DNA of 31,730 nt. Origin: Octopus sinensis (taxonomy: Eukaryota). Below, in pieces: positions 1-10,011 of this stretch; within the stretch, counting starts at the first letter, position 1; each line of letters begins with the position of its first letter. The notes under the pieces are model-generated. The model worked only from the letters and a program-made list of their open reading frames with translations, was not told where the DNA came from and did not search any database. The stretch covers positions 1 to 31,730 of the forward strand of contig NW_021832174.1 of the NCBI RefSeq assembly GCF_006345805.1. Reading direction: 5' to 3'. The position numbers and the translations under genes were made by a program.

Positions 1-89
1 TTTTCTTTCTTTTCTTATTCTCTCTTCCTGTTTTTTTGTTCTGTTTCTTCTTTCTTCTCTTTTTCTCTTTTCTTTATTCCTCTCTTCCT

Positions 90-470
90 GGGTTCGATTT
101 GGACCTTACAAATACATTCCCTACTTTTAGGTCACATTAAATAAAACCCTTGATTCAATAGCAACTGTGTACAACTTTATACTTGGAATGACCAACTTTA
201 TGATATATTCGATTTTACTCACAAGGTGTTTGGAATCTTATATGTATACCATTCTGCGTAAATAATGGATCTACAAATGTATATCCCTGTATATCTCACA
301 TTTATTTTCATTCCTCTACTTCACTCTCTATTTCGTATCTTATCTAAATTAACTATTGCTTGACCATTTTCTCACACCGTCTCCGATGAAACAATATAAT
401 AAATATCCTGGAAACAGCTGTAAGACCTGTTTATAAATGTTCTAAAATCTTCAAAGCCTTGGTTTTTTTA
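90..470 (+). mobile_element. Probable Penelope-like element pLTR/3' UTR remnant carrying a hammerhead motif
   Basis: Non-coding segment between a CT-rich tract and a (TA)n array. It contains a type I hammerhead motif at 379-426. The PLE assignment is inferred from the ribozyme type; boundaries are approximate. Confidence 0.45.
379..426 (+). ncRNA. Minimal type I hammerhead ribozyme motif (CCGAUGA core variant, decayed stem II)
   Basis: gtct-CCGATGA-a-acaatat/aataa/atatcctg-GAAA-cagctg-TA-agac. Stem I is gtct/agac, stem III is the palindrome ACAGCTGT, and the cleavage triplet is GUA. Only atat/atat still pairs in stem II. Confidence 0.6.
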
Positions 471-675
471 TCTCATTCTGAAAAAAAAAAATATATGTGT
501 GTATACATGCATATATTTATATATATATATATATTATACATACATGTGTGTATATATTTATGCGTATATATATATGCATACACCCCCCCGCGGGCGCATA
601 TGTGCATACACGCACACATATTGGAAAAGGCATAAAAGTAATGGGGGTATTTATATATTTTATTCCAGCCTACCC

Positions 676-766
676 GTGTTTCCGATAAGTTTAGAGAATC
701 ATAGTTACTTCATACAATCAATAATTGTATTAGATTACTAAGATTCTCCAGATTTATAGGAAACAC
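676..766. other. 91-nt imperfect inverted repeat (43-nt arms, 5-nt loop)
   Basis: Arm gtgtttcc...atacaat (676-718) pairs without gaps to attgtat...ggaaacac (724-766); by eye about 33 Watson-Crick plus 3 G-U pairs. Confidence 0.75.
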
Positions 767-1008
767 ATGTGATCTGAAATTAAATGGATACATATCCATT
801 ACCTTTGTGTCATTTCTCTGATACTCTAACACAATACCAATTGTACTAAAGTTTGACTAAAGTTTGTATTTACAAATTGGATCGATAGCGATTTCTTAAA
901 CGACGGATTACATAGATTTCGACATCTATCAATTTCGTTAGGTTTGTTTTCTTCACAGAGACCTTATACAGTTTTCGTTCGGATCTTTAATCCCATTTTG
1001 ATTAACTA

Positions 1009-1377
1009 TGTGGTAAGAAGCTTGCTTCCCAACCACATGGCTCTGGGTTCAGTCCCACTGCGTGGTACCTTGGGCTAGTGTCTTCTGCTATAACCTCGAA
1101 CCTACCAAAGCCTTGTAGGTGGATTTAGTAGACGGAAAATACAAATGTTAAACTACAAATATGTATATATTTGTGTATGTATGTCTGTGTTTCTCCCCAT
1201 TCCATCGCTTGACAACAGATGTTGGTGTGTTTACGTCCCCGTAACCTAGCGGTTCGGCAAAAGAGACCGACAAAATAAGTACTATGCTTAGAAAGAATAA
1301 GTAAGGGGGGCGATTTGTTCGACTAAAGGCGGTGTCCAGCATGGCTGCAGTCAAAAGGCTGAAACAAGTAAAAGAAT
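1009..1377 (+). mobile_element. tRNA-derived SINE, family B (octopus-type)
   Basis: tRNA-like head TGTGGTAAGAAGCTTGCTTCCCAACCACATGGCTCTGGGTTCAGTCCC with a B-box-like GGTTCAGTCC. The 3' half (ttgacaac...cggcaaaagagacc...ccagcatggc) recurs at 4035-4208 (+) and 13849-14050 (-). Confidence 0.85.
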
Positions 1378-1542
1378 ATATATAATCAGCCGAAATTACT
1401 ACGATGATCCGGTTCTTGACTGAAGACTGAGGGGTTCGAATGTCCTGTCCATGTTTATTGTATCGTCTTCTATGAGTTATACGTTCTTGTCCATGTTGTA
1501 TTTTTCTACATACCTTAATATATATATATAATATATATATAT

Positions 1543-1632
1543 AGTTAATCCAAACAAGAAAACACAGAAAAAAACACAGCAACGCGAGGACGTGGAACAA
1601 TTAAAGTATTATTTGACGCTCAGGAAAGAAGG
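1543..1632 (-). mobile_element. Truncated copy of the pLTR-like repeat at 30949-31165
   Basis: agttaatccaaacaagaaaacacag...gacgctcaggaaagaagg is near-identical to 30949-31046. It follows a (TA)n array and ends before the ribozyme motif. Confidence 0.75.
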
Positions 1633-2671
1633 GATATATAAATACACGTAAAATATATAGGACAACCGAATTTTTTTAGAAATTTCACCACCAGTGGCCT
1701 AGTATGTATAAAAAGTCAATAGACAACATATTCTCAATATAAAATAGTGTACATTTAAACACTTTAACAGCTAGTTTTACACGCTAGAAGAAGCAGCCAA
1801 AACGACCAAAACCACATTTAAGAGCAATTTCAAAACTTGGTGTTTAGGAATTTTCTTTTACATCAAGTTCAAAATTTTACGCCAGCCGTATAACTACCAC
1901 TACACTGATGTCCGTCGTTAAGAAATGCCAGCCATGGTGACTCTACTATCCTCAGATTCTATCCCTTCAAACTTTGGTTTCCAACATTTTTTAATTTTTA
2001 TTCAGCTCGCAAGTTCGTCTGTCCCTTTAAATGTTAGTGTTTTGCTGTCTGCCTTGAAGCAGACCTTTCCGTTGTCACTGCCTGATATTTATGATTGATC
2101 TTTCAAAATATTTTACTTTCTCAACTTACTCAAGATCTTTTGTTGTTTATAAATAGGAGAGAGATAGATAAAATTAGAGAGTAAGAGAAAGCGAGGGAGA
2201 GTCCGAGAGAAAGTAAGATAAGAAGAAAGTGGGAAAATAGTCGAAGGAGAGAGAAACAAAGAGGGAGAATGTGGTGATAAAATCAGAAGTAACCACCACA
2301 CTCTTACCCGTGAGTAGAGCGGGTCACCTTAAGCTAGTCTTTATATATAATAAATTTATATACATATCTATGTATATACACACAACACACACATCTATAT
2401 ATTATATATACATTACATACATATATATATATATATATATAATATATATATATAGATATATTATGTAATAAGAAAGATAATAATCTTGTGTAGATTAATC
2501 AAAAGTTTAACCGATACCTTAGTAGCAAAAATCACAGCAGTGAACAGCACGGTTGGAGGTACAACCATCTGGCGTTGCAACCGTGCGTTGTGCGGATAAT
2601 TGAATTAAAACATTGTGGTGAATTGAAGAAATGGAGCTGAACGCAGATTGAACAGAAATCGTTTTATTTCA

Positions 2672-2751
2672 TTCTACACGTGTTTCGAAAGGCACAAATT
2701 ACCAAAATCCGATTGAATAATGGGACCATATTGTGTCTTTCTCTTCAGGAA
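2672..2751 (-). ncRNA. Type I hammerhead ribozyme motif with extended stem II
   Basis: Minus strand: ttc-CTGAAGA-gaaagacacaa-(33 nt)-ttgtgcctttc-GAAA-cacgtg-TA-gaa. Canonical core, 10/11 pairs in stem II, stem III palindrome ACACGTGT, GUA triplet, 3-bp stem I. Confidence 0.75.
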
Positions 2752-3356
2752 GAAAAAAGGAATCCGTTGGAAAAACAAAAACAGAACAGAGGCAGACAAA
2801 AAACAATCGAACTGCTCCTAAGAGCCCATGGCGAAACTGTTTATCAGTGTATGTTGAGAACCGGTGGCTGAAGAATTCAACAGGTCAGGCATCGGTCAAA
2901 CATGTGGGTGAGGGTGTATAGATGTTCTTTTGTGACCGAGAATAAAGTTCTGACTATTTAAAGAATATTGGATGTTTTATAAGGGGCGAGAAAAATTCTA
3001 CTTAGAGACGTGTGTGTGTGTATACTGTCTATATATGTGTGTGTTGGCGTAGGGTAGAAAACATTTTTTGTGTACGTGTGTGCGTTTGATCGTTTCGGCT
3101 GTCAGTGGCTACTGCCGTGATAACCGTTGGGTGGCAGAAAGAAAAAATAAAGAATTATATATATATATTTTATGTTTTATGTGTGTGTGGTGTGTTCATC
3201 TAAGCCTACCTTGACAAGGAAACCCCCCGCTTGAAAAAACAACCCCGTTTGTCTTACAGGAGTAATTTTCCCTTGCAGTGGTTAATTGTAGATATCTTAA
3301 AATCTATTTCAGAATTTGTTACCAAGGGCTATGGGTGCCGGTCTTATTTATAAACG

Positions 3357-3790
3357 CTATTTAAAGGCCAGATAAGTGTAACGCCGCCAATGGGGGCATC
3401 GAAAAGCCGACTGTAAGAGCCCGTTTACCATCCGGCCTCTGGCAAACAAAATATGGAAGATTCGGAGACACAAAGGTTGCACTGTCTTCTGCCCCTATCA
3501 AATGGGAGGGCCACCGACAAAATTGACCATTCCAGCCTATAGCTTAAGTTCGCATCATCCTCAGTCGCCATATTAGCTTACTGAGTCCCGTGGTCTGGCG
3601 CTTGTTCACGTCCCGAAAAGTTGCGTAATGGTTGGAGACACGCAAAGACAATCTTGAGGATGATGCCCTATATAAGTGAAGGCATCTGAGTCCGTGTAAA
3701 CCTTGCATTGGTAGACGGCGTTTTTGATCTTGGAGTTCGCGCCGACGTGAATCTTACTCTGCTAGGATTGGTTTCTGAAATTAGAACTGC
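3357..3790 (-). pseudogene. GIY-YIG endonuclease domain of a Penelope-like element, frameshifted
   Basis: Manual translation across frameshifts gives KIKNAVYQCKVYTDSDAFTYI(G)ASSSRLSLRVSNHYATFRDVNKRQTTGLSKLIWRL / SYRLEWSILSVALPFDRGRRQCNLCVSE / HILFARGRMVNGLLQSAFRCPHWRRYTYLAFK*. This matches the PLE GIY-YIG pattern VY..YIG..NH..F..LSK.IW..W.IL..C.LC..C.H. Confidence 0.85.
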
Positions 3791-3940
3791 GTTCCTGTCA
3801 CTATATTCGTTCCGAGACCTGCAGCCGCTTACTACTCTATTTTCCACTACGTCACTATTAACTATAGGAATAACCCCTGATTCTCCACTATCTATCAGAG
3901 TGCTGTCATTGCTACTGCCGTGTACTGCTATTGCGGGAAT

Positions 3941-3982
<42 letters not shown>

Positions 3983-4034
3983 TATGTGTTTATATGTTTT
4001 GTGTGTGTGTGCTTGCGCGTGTCTCTTTTGTTAT

Positions 4035-4208
4035 GTTTGTCCTTCACCACAACCGTGTCAGTTTGCTTATCTCCCCACAACCAGTAAGGTAGCGATTCGG
4101 CAAAAAAAAAAAAACACCAATAGCATAAATACTTGGCTTAAAAATAAGCAGTAGGGTCGATTTGTTTGACTGAACCTTCTAAGGCGGTACCCCAGCATGA
4201 CCGCATTG
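4035..4208 (+). mobile_element. SINE family B, 3' half, degenerate
   Basis: gcgattcggcaaaa...gggtcgatttgtttgactg...aaggcggtaccccagcatgaccgca aligns to 1245-1350. Confidence 0.7.
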
Positions 4209-4697
4209 AGCTCTAAGTGTTCTGAATGTTTAATTCCTTTTGTGGTAACAGATCACAGAATGTCTGGGTTGGGAGTCTACAAATCCTGTTTCCCAGCTTA
4301 TTGGGAATGTGTAAAAGTATTCATATATTCAAGGATCAGTGTACGAGTGCGCGTAATTCTCTGAGTATGTAATGTGTGTGTGTGTATATGTGTGAGTGCG
4401 TGTGTATGTATGCATATGCGCGTGCATGCGTGTGTGTGCGTGTGTGCGTGAGAGAGAGAGACAGATAGATAGAGACAGATTATATATATATATAGATAGA
4501 TAGAGAGAGTTGCTGATATCAAACTTACTCACCCTTATTTGTGATTGAGAGGGAACAACTGATTAGTAGAATCGGTAGACAGGCAAAATTCTTTACTTTA
4601 TTAAATCACATCTCTTCACAACTCTTCGAAGTTTGCCCATTTTTCATCTTAAATTTCCCCTTTCATTGTAACTTACATACCGTCCTTTTCTTTTCTG

Positions 4698-4729
<32 letters not shown>

Positions 4730-4864
4730 TCTCTCTCTATCTCTCTCCCTTCTCTCTCTATCTCTCTCCCCCTCTCCATGTCTTCCTTCCTTCCTCTTTC
4801 CCTCCCTGCAGCCAATTTTTTTTTCTATATACTTATTATAAAACCGAAATCACAATGATGTCGT

Positions 4865-5100
4865 TATAGCGGAGGACAAAATGCCTTGCGATATTTCTTA
4901 TGATTCTCTGCGTTCTGAGTTCAGATTCCACCGAGATTATCTTAGTCCCACGTCCTTCGTGGGGGGTCGATAAATACAGTACCAATGGATTGGCAGTTGA
5001 TTAGTAGAACTGTTTCAGCATCAGAGGAGATGCTTTGCGGTATTTGCTCCCGGTCCTTGCATCTTAAGTTCAAATCCTGCATTGGTTTATTTGGGTGGTA
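4865..5100 (+). mobile_element. Two degenerate SINE family A head fragments in tandem
   Basis: gttctgagttcagattccaccgag...ggggtcgataaa and gctttgcggtatttg...aagttcaaatcc resemble 22197-22340. Confidence 0.55.
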
Positions 5101-5439
5101 GACTTAATCCGTCATCCGGTTTGACACCAGCATCTGGTCCTTGTGAGGATAATTTTTTCCATTCTTCCACCAATCTCGGATGTCCAAAGAAACATGAAGG
5201 GCAATGGCTGCTGTACTTCACCCTTGACTAAACAGTTAAAATTCACAGTGTATCAAATAGTAGAACCTACCCTTCTTATATGGTTTTCTTTAAACCGATA
5301 TGACAGGTACAAGTTATATACTCCTAACATTCACCTCACCATTAGAGAAATTGTTTTTGCATTCAGTCAATACATATCTGGCTTTAAACTACTTCCAACA
5401 ACCTTCCACCATCACTCCCACTACCATACCTATGGATGT

Positions 5440-6190
5440 TCTCCTCGTCTTCTTCGTCGTCCCCCTCCTCTCGTTCTCCAACGTCGTCCCTGTTCCCTCA
5501 TCTCGTCCCCTTCCTCGTTTTCCTCTTCGCCTTCGTCTCATCATTGTCGTTCCCTTCCCACTTCTCCTGTTATAACTTCTCTTTTCCTAATCACCTCAAC
5601 TCATCACACTTTTCCTCTTCTTCTTCTTCTTCTTCTTCTTCTTCTTCTTCTTCTTCTTCTTCTTCTTCTTCTCCTTCTTCTTCTTCTTCTTCTTCTTCTT
5701 TTTCTTCTTCTTCTTTTTCTTCTTCTTCTTCTTCTTCTTCTTCTTCTCCTCCTCCTCCTCCTTCTTCTTCTTTTTCTTCTTCTTCTTCTCCTCCTCCTCC
5801 TCCTCCTTCTTCTTCTTTTTCTTCTTCTTCTTCTTCTTCTTCTTCTTTTTCTTCTTCTTCTTCTTCTTCTTTTTCTTCTTCTTCTTCTTCTTCTTCTTCT
5901 TCTTTTCTTCTTCTTCTCCTCCTCCTCCTCCTCCTCCTCCTCCTTCTTCTTCTTTTTCTTCTTTTTCTTCTTCTTTTTCTTTTTCTTCTTTTTCCTCTTT
6001 TTCTTTTTCTTCCTTTTCTTTTTCTTCTTCTTCTTCTTCTTCTTCTTCTTTTTATCTTCTTCTTTATCTTCTTCTTCTTCTTTTTCTTCTTTCTCCTCTT
6101 CCTCCACCTCCTCCCCCTTCTACTCCTACTCCTCTTCAACCCCCTCTTCCGTCTCCTTTTCATCATCTTCCTCATCGGATCACTTAACGC
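5440..6190. repeat. Long pyrimidine tract with a (CTT)n/(CCT)n core (GAA repeat on the minus strand)
   Basis: Essentially C/T only from about 5612 to 6122. It explains the poly-L/S/F and poly-E/R/K ORFs. Confidence 0.95.
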
Positions 6191-6244
6191 TATCATAACT
6201 TCTACTAAAACACCGCCTCCGCCATAATTTTTCACGTTATTTTT

Positions 6245-6267
6245 ACACACACACAAATACACACACA

Positions 6268-6309
<42 letters not shown>

Positions 6310-6626
6310 CATACAGGTGCACGCGCATATACACACGCACACACATACGAATAGAGACCACTTCGTTCATACACATTATAGATGTACAAAACAGACACAT
6401 ATAAACACCACAGACTATAGAGGCACATATACACAAACACGTAGACTCACACATATCCATACATACATGCGCGTACATAAACCCACACTACACTACACAC
6501 ACAACTACACGCGCGCACACTCATACACAATTACACGTGCGCACACACACACATACATGACTACATAGGCTCATATATGTAAACGTGTGCATAGATGCGT
6601 TGCCATACATAAGCCCACTATATATA

Positions 6627-6662
<36 letters not shown>

Positions 6663-6830
6663 ACATACATACAACATATATATATATGTTGACATACATA
6701 AGCCCATAGTACACTAGTCACTGCACATACACACACATGCACACACGTTCACACAAACACAAAACAGACGTGTGTGTGTGTGTGTGTGTGTCTGTGTGTG
6801 TGCATGCGTGCGTGTGCCAGTCTATACATA
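6245..6830. repeat. (CA)n/(TA)n/(TG)n microsatellite cluster
   Basis: Dinucleotide runs read directly from the sequence. Confidence 0.9.
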
Positions 6831-6990
6831 TATAGACAGAACACCAGTGTACACTTTGATAATTCTTCCTCTTTCAGCGACACTGTTGGAAATACAGAGG
6901 TAATGGCTTCCTGTAAGATTTTGGCTTCCTTTTTACTTCATTCTCTAGCTCTACTCATAATTCCACTCTTTCTCTCACTGTCTTAGACTT

Positions 6991-6992
<2 letters not shown>

Positions 6993-7058
<66 letters not shown>
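6993..7058. repeat. (ATT)n microsatellite
   Basis: Direct repeat run. Confidence 0.95.
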
Positions 7059-7063
<5 letters not shown>

Positions 7064-7747
7064 GTTTATTATCATTATGTTTGCAGACTCTTTCTATCCT
7101 CCTAACTCTCAACATCTGTTCCTACACTATCTCTCAATCTTTTATTCTCTACAAAGTCACTTCCTCATTCGTCCACCCTAGAGTTTTAGCTCTTTCATAG
7201 CTATTTCATTCTTTCTCTTTCTCTCACCCCTCTTTCATAAGTAGATTCTTTCATACAATTACGCTGTCACTTTCTTCATCCCCGCTTTCTCCTCTTCTTC
7301 CTTTTCTTATTTTTCTTTTATTTGTTTTCTCTGAAATTCAATTTCCTTTCTCTCTTTCATTCCCTCTCTTTTGAGCACTCCTTCTTGCTCAAATAACCAA
7401 TCCTTGCAGAATAACGCCCAATCCTTACCCTGTCTTTTCCAACTCATTCTCTCTGTCTTTCGCCACATCATCGGAGACTGGATGGCACTCGACCTGCACT
7501 GAATGCGCGAGAAGATAATAAGGGAGATGGAGTTCAATATTCGGATATTCAACAGAATTTAGTAAATTCGAGAGGCGCACAATTTATTCTCCCACCAACG
7601 AAAAGTTAAAATTCAAATGAATAGAAAAATTATTGATGGAAATATCGAACCTTTGTGATATCTGTCCATTTCTCAGAAATAATAATAAAAAAAAACGTTC
7701 AGCTACCACTAACGCACTTCCAGGTTGTCTGAGCTAGATATGACAAT

Positions 7748-7937
7748 ATTGGTTTCAAATTTTGACTCAAGGCTAGCAATTTAGGAGGAGGGGGTAAGTT
7801 GATTAGAAGAACCCTAGTGCTCCACTGCTACTTATTTCATCGATATCGGTGTAATTTGAACTCAATGCGTAAATGGGGACGAAATGCCGTTAAGTATTTT
7901 GCCCTGTGTGCTAACGATTCTACTAGCTAGCCGGCTA
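7748..7937 (-). mobile_element. SINE family A, degenerate with internal deletion
   Basis: aatttgaactc...gtgctaacgattctactagct is the reverse complement of the family A head. Confidence 0.7.
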
Positions 7938-7944
7938 AATAATG

Positions 7945-7975
<31 letters not shown>

Positions 7976-7976
7976 T

Positions 7977-8190
7977 AAACCTTCCTGCTATAGGTACTGG
8001 GCCTGAAATTTTGGGAGAGGGCCTAGTCGATTAGATCGACCTCATTACGCAACTGGTACTTCATTTATCGACCCCGAAAGGATGAAAGGCAAAATCGACA
8101 TCGGCGGAACTTGAACTCAGAACGCAACGACTGGCGAAATACCGCAAAGTATTTCGTGCAACGTGCTAACGATTCTGCCAGTACGCCGCC
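7977..8190 (-). mobile_element. tRNA-derived SINE, family A (central region resembles the Deu/Nin domain)
   Basis: The reverse complement has an A-box-like TGGCAGAATCG, a B-box GAGTTCAAGTTCC and GCCTTTCATCCTTTCGGGGTCGATAAATGAAGTACC. It is flanked by (TAA)n on both sides. The Deu/Nin resemblance is from recall and was not searched. Confidence 0.85.
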
Positions 8191-8202
8191 TTAATAATAA
8201 TA

Positions 8203-8269
<67 letters not shown>

Positions 8270-8271
8270 TA
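8191..8271. repeat. (TAA)n microsatellite
   Basis: Direct repeat run between a SINE head and the 5' end of an R4 fragment. Confidence 0.95.
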
Positions 8272-9197
8272 ATCAGTGGCTACAGAGCTCAGGACTAAAG
8301 GCAGATCAGAAGCACACCCATCAGTGGCTACGGAGCTCGGCTAAAGGCAGAAAGTGAAGGCTTTATCTTGGCTGCCCAAGATCAGAACTTATTGACCCGG
8401 AACTATCCAGCTAATGTGATGAATAATGGTGGAGACCTAAAGTGCCGATACTGCAGCCATGGGATAGAAACAGGGGACCACCTAATCACTGGATGTAAGG
8501 TTTTAGCAGCAGTAGAGTACAACTCAAGTCATAACAGAGTTGATTAATATCTACATTGGATAATATGCCGGCATTATAAAATCAAAACTGCTGGCAAATG
8601 GTACAAGCACCACCCTGAGGCTGTAACTGAGGGAGAAAATGTAACAGTTCTTTGGGATTTCCTTGTATATACAGATCGGATCATCAAGGCAAATAAACCA
8701 GATATTGTTGTGAAAGACCAAAACAATAAAGTCTGTTTATTGATTGACATGAGCATACCTTGTGACCATAATATCTCCGCAAAAGAGTCTGATAAGCCCA
8801 GAAAATATAAAGATCTGCTAATCGAAATGGAAAAGATGTGGCATCTCAAGACAGTTACAATACCAATGATTTTTGGTGCACTTGGAATGATCAAAAAAGG
8901 AACTGAAAAATATATCTGGAAGTGCAAAAGATTGTCTTAACTGGTACGTCACACGTATTGAGAAGAGCATTGTCAATGTAAATTTTCTTTTTTTTCACCT
9001 TTTATTTTATTTGTTTACTTTTCTACTTTTTCTTTTTTCTCTCCGTCTTCCCCTTTTTCTTTGTTACATGACTCTGTAAATGAATAATATTGTGCGCTTG
9101 TTTTAATGGCTTACCAATGTATACAATACGTTTCTCTGCCCTGGGTGTCAAGAAGACACTCGGCAAGAAATGGAAGCAGAATTGATGCTTATAATAA
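8272..9197 (+). mobile_element. 5'-truncated R4/Dong-type non-LTR retrotransposon, family a (CCHC, RLE endonuclease, 3' UTR)
   Basis: ESEGFILAAQDQ, knuckle CRYCSHGIETGDHLITGC, RLE motif ANKPDIVVKD..LLIDMSIP..KE.DK..KY, and GALGMIKK. It has stops and frameshifts, ends in taataat, and is clearly homologous to 26990-27858. Confidence 0.9.
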
Positions 9198-9800
9198 TGA
9201 TTTCATTTATTTGCCACAAGGGCGAAGGATGTGGGACACAATACAAAGATAGACGTAAAGTGTAGGGGTTTACAGATAATGAAATGATAAAAAAAGGAAG
9301 GAAGTATACGCGGTATACACTGAAAAAGAAGAGACGTATGCATAGCATACAAGGATTTAAAAAAATGGCGGGTAGGATGATAGAGATGTGGCCCTCCTGA
9401 TACAAGAAGGCCTCTAGGGATAATCGAGGAATCCTACTGTCCGAGATTTACCCGAAACCGTAGGAGCAAGAGCCCTTTCCAATTCTTTCTCTCCGACTCA
9501 CAGGTCTACACTCAGAGAAGTACCATCCACTCTTGCCATTTTCGCAACTTTCACCCAGCTTTCAATAAACTCGCTCGAGGACAGTACCCTCTCCACTCTC
9601 AATTTCCTTTTCAAGTGAAAGTTGAAGAAGTCAATGACAGCTCTACAAAAGAAGAATGTATCTGTCCACATACCTTTCAGCCTTGTCCATCCAGACAATC
9701 TCTGTCGCCACAGCCACCAGGCAAAGGAAAACTGCCTCGCCTGCCCGATTGCAGGTGGGTACCATAAGGACAGCTTGGGAGAGGTGGGAATGAGTCGGTT
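9198..9800 (-). mobile_element. 3' end of an L1/Tx1-like LINE (ORF2 C-terminus and 3' UTR)
   Basis: Minus-strand translation GEAVFLCLVAVATEIVW/WTRLKGM..FFNFHLKRKLRVERVLSSSEFIESWVKVAKMARVDGTSLSVDL*, followed by a T-rich UTR. The clade is assigned from recall only; no catalytic motif is present. Confidence 0.6.
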
Positions 9801-9805
9801 ACAGT

Positions 9806-9958
9806 GACCCCAGTGTTCAAATGGTACTTATTTTACCGACCCCGAAATGAGGAAAGGTAAAGTCGACGTCAGCTGAATTTGAACTCAGAACGCAGAGACG
9901 GGCGAAATACCGCTTAGAATTTCGTCTAGCGTGCTAACGATTCTGCCAGCTCGCCGCC
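9806..9958 (-). mobile_element. SINE family A, 5' part
   Basis: gaatttgaactcagaacg...gtgctaacgattctgccagctcgccgcc abuts (TAA)n at 9959-10011. Confidence 0.85.

Positions 9959-10011
<53 letters not shown>

Larger units (their letters stand above)
2467..3940 (-). mobile_element. 5'-truncated Penelope-like element 1 (linker, GIY-YIG, 3' region with hammerhead)
   Basis: Minus-strand GIY-YIG remnant followed downstream on the same strand by a hammerhead motif (2672-2751). Flanked by (TA)n on both sides and interrupted by TG/TA repeats at about 3010-3195. Confidence 0.75.

Noticed and set aside
1415-1450. CTGAAGA...GAA(T)GTC hammerhead-like string
   Set aside because: GAAA is incomplete and there is no stem I or stem II complementarity.
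5143-6268. Long ORFs of 351, 263, 225 and 167 aa
   Set aside because: They are open only because the (CTT)n tract lacks stops; poly-L/S/F or poly-E/R/K products with no domain.
7445-7480. Minus-strand gtctCCGATGAtgtggcGAAA, sharing 11 nt with the 379 motif
   Set aside because: No pairing stem II and no UH cleavage triplet or stem III; probably chance.
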